Part shown: piece by piece, positions 30,779-39,695 of the stretch
Layout: each line of letters begins with the position of its first letter
Position numbering within the stretch: position 1 is the stretch's first letter
Source: Acidobacteriota bacterium
Lineage (GTDB): Bacteria; Acidobacteriota; Thermoanaerobaculia; Multivoradales; UBA5704
NCBI GenBank assembly: GCA_034666985.1
Contig: JAXDKS010000034.1
Span: 20,889 to 84,888 of the forward strand
DNA: 64,000 nucleotides
Direction: 5' to 3'
The notes under the pieces: generated by a model
What the model was told of the DNA's origin: nothing
Seen by the model: only the letters and a program-made list of their open reading frames with translations
Database searches by the model: none
Position numbers and translations under genes: made by a program

Positions 30779-31330
30779 ATGACCCTGTCCCGCAGACACG
30801 TCCTGAAAGGAGGCATCCTCATGACCGCCGGAGTGATCGCCGCCGGAAGCTCATCCCTGCTCTCCCAGCAGCAACAGCCGCCATCTTCGCCGCAGCCATC
30901 GCAACCATCGCAGCCATCGCCCCTGACCAGTATCCCCGACCGCGGGCCTCGTCTGGATCTCGACCTGGTCCGCGAGTTCGTCATCGCCGGCCACGGCAAC
31001 CTCGAGCGGGTGAAGGAGATGCTCGCGCAGCAGCCCGCCCTGATCAACGCCACCTGGGATTGGGGAGCGGGGGATTGGGAGACCGCCCTGGGCGGCGCCT
31101 CCCACATGGGCAACAAGCCCATCGCCGAGTACCTCCTGTCGCACGGCGCCCGCATGGACGTCTTCTGCGCCACCATGATGGGCAAGACCGAGATCGTGAA
31201 GGGCTTCCTGGCGGACGATCCCAAGGTGGTGGACCTCAAGGGGCCGCACGGCATCTCCCTCCTCCGCCACGCCAAGGCGGGCAAGCAGGACGCGCTGGTG
31301 GAGATGCTGGTGGGAGCGGGAGCGAAGTGA
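30779..31330 (+). CDS. Tat-signal ankyrin-repeat protein
   Basis: MTLSRRHVLKGG twin-arginine motif; a PSQPSQPS low-complexity linker; ankyrin repeats (..GHGNLERVKEMLAQQPALINAT.., ..HMGNKPIAEYLLSHGARMDV..). Confidence 0.75.
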   Translation: MTLSRRHVLKGGILMTAGVIAAGSSSLLSQQQQPPSSPQPSQPSQPSPLTSIPDRGPRLDLDLVREFVIAGHGNLERVKEMLAQQPALINATWDWGAGDWETALGGASHMGNKPIAEYLLSHGARMDVFCATMMGKTEIVKGFLADDPKVVDLKGPHGISLLRHAKAGKQDALVEMLVGAGAK

Positions 31331-31333
31331 GAG

Positions 31334-31780
31334 CTACCCGATCTCCTTGGACATGATGTCCCGGTCATAGGCCACGAACCCCACCCGGCGATAGAGGGCC
31401 TGGGCCTCCGCCTTGTACCGCTCGACTACGAGGTGGATAGCTCGAATGCCCAGCTCGCGGCAGACCCCCTCGGCCGCCGCGAGCGCCTGGGTTCCCAGCC
31501 CCCGTCCCCGGTGGCCGGGGGCGATGTACAGCTCGTCCACCACGGCATTGCGCCCATGGAACTCCAGGCTGAAGCCGAAGGTGAGCACGAGATAGCCAAT
31601 CACCGTCCCGCCGTCGTCCACGACGAAGACCCGTCCCAGGCTGGAATCCTCCAGGAGACGGCCCAGATTCGCCCGCGACTCCTCCTCGCGGAAGGTGTAG
31701 CCGTCTTCCGCGAAGAAATCCCGGTGGAGGGCCAGCACGGCTTCGAGATCGGCAGGTGTGGCGTTTCGGGGATTGGCCAT
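31334..31780 (-). CDS. GNAT-family N-acetyltransferase
   Basis: Start taken at MANPRN. Acetyl-CoA binding motif ELYIAPGHRGRGLGTQAL. Confidence 0.75.
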   Translation of the reverse strand: MANPRNATPADLEAVLALHRDFFAEDGYTFREEESRANLGRLLEDSSLGRVFVVDDGGTVIGYLVLTFGFSLEFHGRNAVVDELYIAPGHRGRGLGTQALAAAEGVCRELGIRAIHLVVERYKAEAQALYRRVGFVAYDRDIMSKEIG

Positions 31781-31874
31781 TCGTCTCCTTATATCGCATC
31801 TCTTGCTCCGCTTCCCGCGCCCCGAGGCCCCGCCAGCGTGCGGGATCGGATATCGTCCCGTCGGAGGTTCTGCG

Positions 31875-32516
31875 ATGAAGATCGTCTCGGTGAACGTGGG
31901 GCTCCCCAGGCCCGTCGAGTGGCGCGGCCGGCGGATCATGACCGGCATCTTCAAGGATCCCATCGCCGGGAGGATCGCCGTGCGCAAGCTCAACCTGGCC
32001 GGCGACCGCCAGGCCGACCTCTCGGTGCACGGAGGAATCCACAAGGCGGTGTACGCCTATCCTTCGGAGCACTACCCCTTCTGGCGCAACGAGTTGGAGA
32101 TGTCCGACCTCCCCTGGGGCGCCTTTGGCGAGAACCTCACCACCGAGGGCTGGTGGGAGGACGAGATCCACATCGGCGACCGCTTCCGCGCCGGCACCGC
32201 GGAATTCGTCGTCACCCAGCCCCGCATGCCCTGCTTCAAGCTGGCCCTGAAATTCGACCGCGACGACGTCGTCGAACGCTTCCTCGAAAGCGGCCGCCTC
32301 GGCTTCTACCTCGCCGTCGAGAAGGAAGGAGAGCTAGGGGCGGGCGACCCCTTCGAGCGCATTCATGAAGATGAGCGCCACGTCAGGGTCGTGGACATCG
32401 TTCAGCTTTACGTGGATCGGCAGGCCAGGCCGGATATGGATCTGCTGCGCCGGGTGATGGCAGTGGAGGCTCTGCCGGAGTCTTGGCGGGAGCATTTCCT
32501 GAAGCGGCTGGGGTGA
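31875..32516 (+). CDS. MOSC-domain protein (YiiM-like)
   Basis: MKIVSVNVGLPRPVEWRGRRIMTGIFK...GDRQADLSVHGG..KAVYAY...GENLTTEG. Confidence 0.75.
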   Translation: MKIVSVNVGLPRPVEWRGRRIMTGIFKDPIAGRIAVRKLNLAGDRQADLSVHGGIHKAVYAYPSEHYPFWRNELEMSDLPWGAFGENLTTEGWWEDEIHIGDRFRAGTAEFVVTQPRMPCFKLALKFDRDDVVERFLESGRLGFYLAVEKEGELGAGDPFERIHEDERHVRVVDIVQLYVDRQARPDMDLLRRVMAVEALPESWREHFLKRLG

Positions 32517-32560
32517 GAAAACAAGGCGGATCTTGACCGAAGCAGGGTAGAATTTATGGG

Positions 32561-33421
32561 ATGCCAGATCAGCCGTGCTCATTTTGTGGCCACTCAGTAC
32601 CGATCGAGGCGAGCTTTTGTCCTCACTGTGCGCGACCAAGCCTCTATCCCAACGTAAGAGCAGCCGAGCAAGAGACCGAGCGCAAGGCCCTGGCCGCACG
32701 CTATCTCCTCGCCGTCCAGGACGCGGAGAGCCGCGGTTGCGGAAAGGCGGTGCGCTCCTTCGAGTCCGCCGCCGACTCGTCCCATGCGGTCCTCTCCCGT
32801 TCCCTCGCAGAAGTAGAGCGGCTCGCCAGCTCGGACCGCCAGCTTTATGCGACGTACTACCAGCTCCTCGATGCCGAAGTGAAGCTGCCTGCCGGCGACG
32901 TGTGGGATCCGCTGCGTCGCCTGGCCGACGAAGCGCTCTTTCCCGGATACAAGGAGAAGATCCGATTCGCCGCCCTGTCGCTCGATGGCATGGGGCTGCC
33001 TGGCTACGGCGAATGCTCGCTGGTGCTGAAGGAGGAGATGATCGCCCATCGGGCTTCCCTCCTGGAGGGAAATTCGGCACTTTTAATGAGAAATTGGGCC
33101 TATAATGTTCCTGCAGGGTCGCGCGCCGTGTGGAACGAACGTGGGCGCCTCTGTGTGGCGAAGCTCGCAGCCCGCTTGCGGCCAGAGACGACGGAGGCGG
33201 ATTTTGCTTCCCTCCTGCTCCGATCCGGGGTGAGCCCGGAGGACGACGAGTTCGTCGAGGTCCACATCTGGGGACCCATGTCCAGTCGGACGTTCGCGCG
33301 CGTCGTCCTCCTTCCTCTCGCGGGAGCCCGTCGGCCCGCCGAGACAAGGGTGAAGGCCCTGTGTGCCAAGTTGGTGCAGGCCGGCATCGATCTGGAAAGG
33401 AAACAGCCATGGACGCCTTGA
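32561..33421 (+). CDS. Hypothetical protein with an N-terminal zinc-ribbon (CxxC...CxxC)
   Basis: CSFCGHSVPIEASFCPHCARP; the rest has no recognised family. Confidence 0.45.
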   Translation: MPDQPCSFCGHSVPIEASFCPHCARPSLYPNVRAAEQETERKALAARYLLAVQDAESRGCGKAVRSFESAADSSHAVLSRSLAEVERLASSDRQLYATYYQLLDAEVKLPAGDVWDPLRRLADEALFPGYKEKIRFAALSLDGMGLPGYGECSLVLKEEMIAHRASLLEGNSALLMRNWAYNVPAGSRAVWNERGRLCVAKLAARLRPETTEADFASLLLRSGVSPEDDEFVEVHIWGPMSSRTFARVVLLPLAGARRPAETRVKALCAKLVQAGIDLERKQPWTP

Positions 33422-33864
33422 TCTCAGCGCAGGCCGGTACCGCCCTCCTCATCCAGGGCTCGGATCTGGCCTCGATCCACGTGGATTCACCTGACAGGGC
33501 GATCCCGCGTCGTGCAGAAGAAGCTCACCTGCTCTTCGGCGAGGCCCTGGATCTCCAGATCCTCGAGGGCGTAGACCGTGATCAGGTTGTCCGTCGGCTC
33601 ACCCATGAAGTTGGCGTAGCGGAGGCCCTCCAACTTTCCCTGATCCTCCTCGACCCTGAGCTGTCAGAGGAGGTCCGGAGTGAGGCGGCGGAAGATCTCG
33701 ATGGCCTGCTGCCCGAGAAGGAATGTCGCGAAGGACTGGAGCGCGTCCTCTTCGCGCACCCGCTTCCATCGACGGCGGATCTCTCGGGCGCTTTGGCCCA
33801 TTCTGGACCAGCTTCTCGTGTCCAGGATCTCCTGCGCCAATTGGCAGACCTACACCGTCGATAG
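33409..33864 (+). CDS. Hypothetical protein (weak call)
   Basis: An ATG overlapping the upstream gene's end; acidic, Leu-rich product; no family recognised. Confidence 0.25.
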   Translation: MDALISAQAGTALLIQGSDLASIHVDSPDRAIPRRAEEAHLLFGEALDLQILEGVDRDQVVRRLTHEVGVAEALQLSLILLDPELSEEVRSEAAEDLDGLLPEKECREGLERVLFAHPLPSTADLSGALAHSGPASRVQDLLRQLADLHRR

Positions 33865-34185
33865 CTGAGGTTCATCGGGCCTGGATCGTCCTTCCTGATT
33901 CCTTGTTCGCGAGCCCTGCCGACCGTCGGCGTTTCCGGGCCGCGATGGTTCGCGAAGGGCTGTTCAGAGAGCTCGTCCTGGTCCGCCGAGCGGGAACCTC
34001 GGTTGAGACCTTCCTCCGAAGGATTCGAGGATACCGGCCTGTGATGCAGGCTTGGGTCTCGCCTTTTCGCCGTCATGTGCTGCACTCGCGACGGCAGGAT
34101 CCAGCCGCGAAAGAAGCGGATAGTGCCGCGCCGCGGGCTGCTGCGCCTTGGGAGACTCGAAGAGGCTGAGCCAGCGGAGGGAGAT

Positions 34186-34992
34186 TCATCTCCTCCGCCT
34201 CCCACCCGCCATCTCCTCCTCATCCTCCTCCAACAATCTCTCCTCCTTCAACACATCCTTCCGGTACTGCTCCTCGAACGACACCTTGTGCTCCCCCGGG
34301 GCGAGCCTGGCGATCTTCGCCGCCCAAGTCGGGGCTTCCTTCGGCGTCTTCCACCCGCCGGAAAGACCGCCAAGCTCCAGGAGGATCTTGAGGAGGGCGA
34401 AGACGGCGAAGGGGGCTTGCGGGATGTCGAAGAACATCACGCCGAACATCCCGAAGACGATCGCGAGATGCACCACCATGGTTCGTCCGATCGAACGCTG
34501 GGCCAGGTCGCGGATCCAGGCGAAAGGACGCTCCTTGAAGTTCTGGCAGTCGAGGGCGAAGCTCCCGACCAGGATCAGCGCAATCGCGGCGAGCCCCTTC
34601 CCGAGCGCCGAGAGGTGGACGGCGGCGTCGGGCCGATCCTTCAGCATCAAGCCGAGGATCACCGCGAGGAAGAGGCCGTGGATCAGGTTGAAGCCCAGGG
34701 AGCCGGTGACGAACTCGGGCACGAAGGCTTTGAAGGGCTTGTCGTTCTGCTTGATGCCGAGCTGGGGCCGGTAGTACCCCCGCTTATGCGTCAGCCGCCG
34801 GTGGAGGAGCATCCTCAGGGCGATGAAGAAGGTCCCCAGCACGGTCTCACACCAGTAGAGGACCAACGCCGTCCCCCACGACCAGCCGAGGAAGTAGACG
34901 CCATAGAGGGCGACGCCGTTGAGGGTCAGGACCTGAAGCAGGGCGAAGGCCCGGGACGGCGCGGTCGACGGCGGCTTGTCTTCTGACAAGGG
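34186..34992 (-). CDS. Polytopic membrane hypothetical protein
   Basis: Putative TTG start after GAGAGGAGGA; 6-7 TM helices; acidic C-terminal tail. Confidence 0.45.
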   Translation of the reverse strand, partial: PLSEDKPPSTAPSRAFALLQVLTLNGVALYGVYFLGWSWGTALVLYWCETVLGTFFIALRMLLHRRLTHKRGYYRPQLGIKQNDKPFKAFVPEFVTGSLGFNLIHGLFLAVILGLMLKDRPDAAVHLSALGKGLAAIALILVGSFALDCQNFKERPFAWIRDLAQRSIGRTMVVHLAIVFGMFGVMFFDIPQAPFAVFALLKILLELGGLSGGWKTPKEAPTWAAKIARLAPGEHKVSFEEQYRKDVLKEERLLEEDEEEMAGGRRRR

Positions 34993-35126
34993 AAAGTCCT
35001 CCTCTCGGGAAAAGCTGAAAACAAGGACCTCAAGGACCTCAAGGACTGCAAGGACGACAAGGACAATCAAGAGACTGAGACCTTCCCCGTCCCTGCTGTC
35101 CTTGCAGTCCTTTATGTCCCTTCCTC

Positions 35127-36806
35127 CTACTCCTCGGCGTCAGCCCCCGTGATCTGCGAAGCCCGGCGGCGGGCCCTGACGCCCTCGGGCCGCACGACCT
35201 TGCGCCTCACTCCCGCGATCTGCTCGACGACGTGGTGCGCGGAGAGCACCGCGCCCTCCTGCCAGCCGGGCAGGTAGGAAACCTGATCGCCCACGACCTG
35301 GAACTGCTTGTCGGGATCGAGGAGCCGGTCATAGGCCTGCTGCTGGCCGCCCTCATAGGTCCAGTCGGCCCAGCCGCCCCGCTGGTGAGGCACGAGCTGC
35401 CAGGCGATCGAGAGCCCGAGCTCCAGGGGGACGAACTGCGCGAACCGGGGGTGGAGCCGCTCGGCCCCTTCCTGGGCCTTCTTCAGGCGCGCATCCAGGG
35501 ACAGCTTGCCGAAGTCCTCGGCGATCTTGCCGAAGTTATAGGCCCCGGTGAGCACTCCCTTCGTCTCCTTGAAGAAGCCGGAGGAGGGATACCACATCTG
35601 TGTGATGTCATGATTGATCCAACTGATGCCGCCGTAGATCTGGTTCTCCTGATCGGGCGCCTCCCAGAAGCGCTCGTTCGCCTGCCAGCCCACCTTGCAG
35701 GTGTTGGCGAACGGGACCGCGCCCACGGCGTCCCGATACCGCTGGCTGAAGGACTCCTCCTTGGAGATGATCCCGTGCAGCAGCGGCAATGGGATGTTGC
35801 TGATGCAATAGTCCGCCTTCGTCTCCGCCTGCCGGCCGCCGGCGAGGTAGGCGATCCGCACCTCCTTGTCGCCGTTGGTGATCTTGACCACCTCGGCGCC
35901 GAGGACGATCCAGCTTTCCACCTGCTTGGCCAGGGCTTTGGCGAAATGGTCCATGCCACCCACGGGCTGGAAGAGGGTGGGCTGCCACTCGTAGTCCTCG
36001 GGCTGGTAGAAGCGGTGGCGCCAGAACTCCGAATTGAGAAGTTGCTTGAGCTTGAGCGGCGTCTCGATGGTGCCCGGCTCGTCGACCCCCGGCGGCACCC
36101 GGAAGCCGGAGCGGGAGGAGCCCTCGTAGCGATATCCGGCCTTGGGATTGACCTTGCCGAAGGAGACGAGCAGCGACAGGAGCTTCTCCTTTTCGTCGGC
36201 GGACAGCTCGTCGTCCAGCGCCTTCTTGCGCACCGCCTTGGCGAGCAGCTCGGAGACGTAGCCGCGGGTGTCGTTGGCCACTTGGCGGTTCTTCTTGGGC
36301 TCTCCGTCGAACGCCTTTTGGGCCGAAGTCTGGAAGAGGTTGGCGCGGGTCTCCATGACGTAGATTTCGAGCTCCACGTTGAGGTCGCGGCAATAGGAGA
36401 GCACGGCCTGGTGATGGTAGGGGATGCGGCCCGGGCCGGCGTTGAGGTATTGGCCTGGAGCAAAGTGGCAGACCTGATCGGGAAAGCCGATCTGGGGGAT
36501 GACGTCGTCCGCGCGGACGGTGAAGCTACGGCCGCCGGGGCGCGCCTGCGCCTCCAGGATCTGCACCTCGAAGCCCGCCCTCTGGAGCTCGAGGGCCGCC
36601 GTCAGCCCGCCGACCCCGGCGCCCAGGATCACCACCTTCTTGCCGGTTCCGATCCCCGCCGGCAGCTTCGGCGGGCCGGCATAGGCCTCGGGGGTGCGGA
36701 GCATCCCCAGCGCCACCATGGTCTCGTAGACCGCGGCCGAGCCGCCGGCCAGGCCCACCATCTGCAGGAAATCGCGTCGCGTCCATCGCCCTCGCGGATC
36801 GTTCAT
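35127..36806 (-). CDS. Tat-exported flavin-containing amine oxidase (L-amino-acid/monoamine oxidase family)
   Basis: RRDFLQMVGLAGG Tat motif; the FAD Rossmann motif KVVILGAGVGGLTAALEL; amine-oxidase-like core. Confidence 0.8.
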   Translation of the reverse strand: MNDPRGRWTRRDFLQMVGLAGGSAAVYETMVALGMLRTPEAYAGPPKLPAGIGTGKKVVILGAGVGGLTAALELQRAGFEVQILEAQARPGGRSFTVRADDVIPQIGFPDQVCHFAPGQYLNAGPGRIPYHHQAVLSYCRDLNVELEIYVMETRANLFQTSAQKAFDGEPKKNRQVANDTRGYVSELLAKAVRKKALDDELSADEKEKLLSLLVSFGKVNPKAGYRYEGSSRSGFRVPPGVDEPGTIETPLKLKQLLNSEFWRHRFYQPEDYEWQPTLFQPVGGMDHFAKALAKQVESWIVLGAEVVKITNGDKEVRIAYLAGGRQAETKADYCISNIPLPLLHGIISKEESFSQRYRDAVGAVPFANTCKVGWQANERFWEAPDQENQIYGGISWINHDITQMWYPSSGFFKETKGVLTGAYNFGKIAEDFGKLSLDARLKKAQEGAERLHPRFAQFVPLELGLSIAWQLVPHQRGGWADWTYEGGQQQAYDRLLDPDKQFQVVGDQVSYLPGWQEGAVLSAHHVVEQIAGVRRKVVRPEGVRARRRASQITGADAEE

Positions 36807-36847
36807 CGTCTCCTCCCTTTGGAATTGCCTCTATATAGTAGCTGGCC

Positions 36848-37609
36848 ATGGATTCCCGAGCCGGGGACCGCTTCCCCCTCACCCGCCGCTCTGTGGTGGA
36901 GGCCACCCGCGATGCCGACCCCGACGTGCGCCGCCAGGGTTGGGAGTCCCTCGTGGCGTCTTACTGGCGGCCGGTCTACAAAGTGCTCCGGGTGCGCTGG
37001 CGTCTCGACCGCGAGGACGCCGAGGACCTCACCCAGGAGTTCTTCGCCTCGGCCCTGGTCAAGGGGACCTTCGAGCGGTACGATCCCGGGAAAGCCCGGT
37101 TCCGGACGTATCTCCGCACCTGCCTGGACGGTTTCGCCGCCAACGAGCGCAAGGCCGCCCGGCGCCTCAAGCGGGGAGGCGGGCAGTCGTTCCTCTCCCT
37201 GGACTTCGCGGGAGCGGAGGAGGAGCTGCGACGCTACGGAGCCGGCGAGGAGCTCGACGTGGAGGAGTACTTCCATCGCGAATGGGTGCGCGCGCTCTTC
37301 GGCCTCGCGGTCGAGGACCTGCGGCGCTGGAGCGAGGCCACGGGAAAGGCGGTCCACTTCCACCTCTTCGAGCGCTACGACCTCGAAGGTCCGGACGCGC
37401 CCGAGCGCCCCACCTATGCCGAGCTCGCCGCGGAGACGGGCCTGCCCGCCACCCAGGTGACCAACTACCTGGCGGCGGTGCGGCGGGAGCTCCGTCGGCT
37501 CGTCCTGGAGCGTCTGCGGGAGCTCACCGGCTCGGAGCGGGAGTTTCGCGACGAGGCACGGCTGATCCTGGGGATTGACCCCGTAAAATCGCCAGGAGGG
37601 CCGAAATGA
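36848..37609 (+). CDS. ECF-type RNA polymerase sigma factor
   Basis: Region 2 DAEDLTQEFF; region 4 HTH YAELAAETGLPATQVTNYLAAVRRELRR. Its stop overlaps the downstream kinase start (ATGA). Confidence 0.8.
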   Translation: MDSRAGDRFPLTRRSVVEATRDADPDVRRQGWESLVASYWRPVYKVLRVRWRLDREDAEDLTQEFFASALVKGTFERYDPGKARFRTYLRTCLDGFAANERKAARRLKRGGGQSFLSLDFAGAEEELRRYGAGEELDVEEYFHREWVRALFGLAVEDLRRWSEATGKAVHFHLFERYDLEGPDAPERPTYAELAAETGLPATQVTNYLAAVRRELRRLVLERLRELTGSEREFRDEARLILGIDPVKSPGGPK

Positions 37610-38625
37610 ACGGGATCTCCGACGCCGCGCTCCATCACCTGCGCGAGGTGGCCGACGAGCCGGACCTCTCGGGCACGCCCTACGAGATCGTCGAGACTCT
37701 GGGCCGCGGCGGCATGGGCACCGTCTATCTCGCCCGCGACCTCCGCCTCGACCGCGAGGTGGCCCTGAAGGTCGTCCAGCTCCCCGAAGGTACGGGCGAT
37801 CTGGAGCGCCTGCTGCGCGAGGCCCGCGTCCTGGCCCGGCTGGAGCATCCCGGCATCGTGCCCGTCCACGACGCCGGCCTGCTGCCTTGCGGTCGGGCCT
37901 TCTACGCCATGAAACGCGTCCGTGGCCAACAGCTCGATGAATACGCCCGTGCCGCGCCTCTCCCCGAGCGCCTGCGCGCCTTCGAACGCATCTGCGAGGC
38001 CGTGGCCTTCGCCCACGCTCACGGCGTGATCCACCGTGACCTCAAGCCCGAGAACGTCATGGTGGGTCCCTTCGGCGAAGTGCTGGTGATGGACTGGGGG
38101 GTGGCGAAGGTGGCCCCTCACCTGGTTGGAGCGTTTTGCTGTTCTCCCTCTTCTCCCGGTGATGAGGGCCTTGGGCGGGGACGCTCTGCGGCAAAGTTAG
38201 CGCTTATGGGGGCCAGGGGTGAGGGTTCGGGTGGGGGAACCGAGGCCGGCACCATCCTCGGTACTCCCGGCTACATGCCCCCCGAGCAGGAGCGTGGCGA
38301 GGTGGATCGCATCGACGAGCGCGCGGACGTCTGGGCTCTCGGGGCCCTCCTCGGCTTCCTTCTGAAAGGGAAGGAGCCGCCGCCCCGGCCTCTGGAGGCC
38401 ATCCGCCGGCGGGCCATGGCCACGGAGCCGGCGCAGCGCTACCCGCAGGTCGAGGAGCTGGCGGCGGACCTCTCCCGCTACCTCGCCGGGCTGCGCGTGG
38501 ACGCCCACCAGGAGACCGTGCTGGAGCGGGCCGGCCGCTTCGTCCGCCGCTACCGCACGCCCATCCTCCTGATCCTGGCCTACCTCGTCATGCGGGTGCT
38601 GCTGATTTTTTTCCTGGATCGTTGA
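37606..38625 (+). CDS. Ser/Thr protein kinase cotranscribed with the ECF sigma factor; C-terminal TM
   Basis: GRGGMGTVYLA..ALKVV, HRDLKPENVMV, MDWGVAK, GTPGYMPPE. Confidence 0.8.
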   Translation: MNGISDAALHHLREVADEPDLSGTPYEIVETLGRGGMGTVYLARDLRLDREVALKVVQLPEGTGDLERLLREARVLARLEHPGIVPVHDAGLLPCGRAFYAMKRVRGQQLDEYARAAPLPERLRAFERICEAVAFAHAHGVIHRDLKPENVMVGPFGEVLVMDWGVAKVAPHLVGAFCCSPSSPGDEGLGRGRSAAKLALMGARGEGSGGGTEAGTILGTPGYMPPEQERGEVDRIDERADVWALGALLGFLLKGKEPPPRPLEAIRRRAMATEPAQRYPQVEELAADLSRYLAGLRVDAHQETVLERAGRFVRRYRTPILLILAYLVMRVLLIFFLDR

Positions 38626-38691
38626 TTGGACATTTTTGATCGGACAGTTAAAGGGAATCCCGGGAACGTTGAACAGGACTTCCAGGAGGGA

Positions 38692-39055
38692 CATGCGAAT
38701 GAACAAACCGCTTTTTGGGCTGATCCTCGGTGGCATTCTCGGCGTTTTCGACGGACTGACGGCGCTCCTCTCGGCACCGGAGACCAGGACTCAGATCGCC
38801 AGCATCGTCGTCGGCTCGACCTTCAAAGGCCTCGTGGCCGGGCTGCTCATCGGCTTCTTCGCCCGCAAGGTGAAGTCGCTCCCCTTGTGCATCCTCTTCG
38901 GCTTGGCCGTGGGGGCGCTGTTCGCGTATTTCGTTACCCTGGGCACCCCTTATTTCTGGAAGATCATCCTGCCGGGCAGCGTGGTCGGGATCATCGTGGG
39001 CTACGCCACCCAGAAGCACCAGGAAACGCCAGCGGTCCAGAAGACGGCGACTTGA
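38692..39055 (+). CDS. Small integral membrane protein (4 TM)
   Basis: AGGAGGGAC upstream of MRMNKPLFGLILGGILG. Confidence 0.45.
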
Positions 39056-39087
39056 ATTACGATCCGGACAGGGAAAGGAGAACCAAC

Positions 39088-39654
39088 ATGGCACGCGAAG
39101 GATTCCATCTGCGCTGGCTCGCGGCGGCGGCCCTGCTGGCGGCGCTGGCGCTTCCCGGCGTCCAAGCCCAGGGCGCCCGGGGTGAGGACGTCTCGGACAA
39201 GGTCGACGCCCGCATCGCCTTCCACCTGCTCCAGGGCTTGGCGGGCGACTGGACCGGCACGGCGGGGAAGGACATTCCGGCCACGGTGACCTACCGGGTG
39301 GGCTCCAACGGCACGATCGTGACGGAGATGTTGTTTCCAGGTACCGACCACGAGATGATGACCGTGTACTACCTCGAGGGCAAGAACCTGGTGGCCAACC
39401 ACTACTGTGCCGTGGGCAATCAGCCCCACTACAAGCTCGACACCGCGAAATCGACCCTCAAGGAGCTGGTCTTCGCCTTCGACGGCGGCACCAATCTCGA
39501 GCCCAACAAGGACACGCACGTCCACGATGGCAGGATCGCCTTCGTCGATAAGGACAAGCTCGAAGCCTCCTGGTCCGCCTACGCTGGCGGCGAGAAGCGG
39601 GGCTCCCACGACTTCCACCTGACGCGGGCGGCGGGGAAGCAGCCCGCAAAGTAG
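39088..39654 (+). CDS. Secreted hypothetical protein
   Basis: RBS GGAAAGGAGAACCAAC ATG; signal peptide ..ALALPGVQAQG. Confidence 0.5.
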   Translation: MAREGFHLRWLAAAALLAALALPGVQAQGARGEDVSDKVDARIAFHLLQGLAGDWTGTAGKDIPATVTYRVGSNGTIVTEMLFPGTDHEMMTVYYLEGKNLVANHYCAVGNQPHYKLDTAKSTLKELVFAFDGGTNLEPNKDTHVHDGRIAFVDKDKLEASWSAYAGGEKRGSHDFHLTRAAGKQPAK

Positions 39655-39695
39655 GTCCACCCTGATCCTCGGCGGCGGCTGCGCGCCGCCGGGGC

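Noticed and set aside
33582-34223. 213-aa minus-strand ORF and other short ORFs in 33.4-34.2 kb
   Set aside because: Arg/Ser/Pro-rich with no start context. Only a weak plus-strand call (33409..33864) is kept, at low confidence.
35232-37460. 742-aa plus-strand ORF opposite the amine oxidase and overlapping the ECF sigma gene
   Set aside because: Antisense high-GC artefact. The true genes (amine oxidase on the minus strand, ECF sigma on the plus strand from 36848) have motif support.
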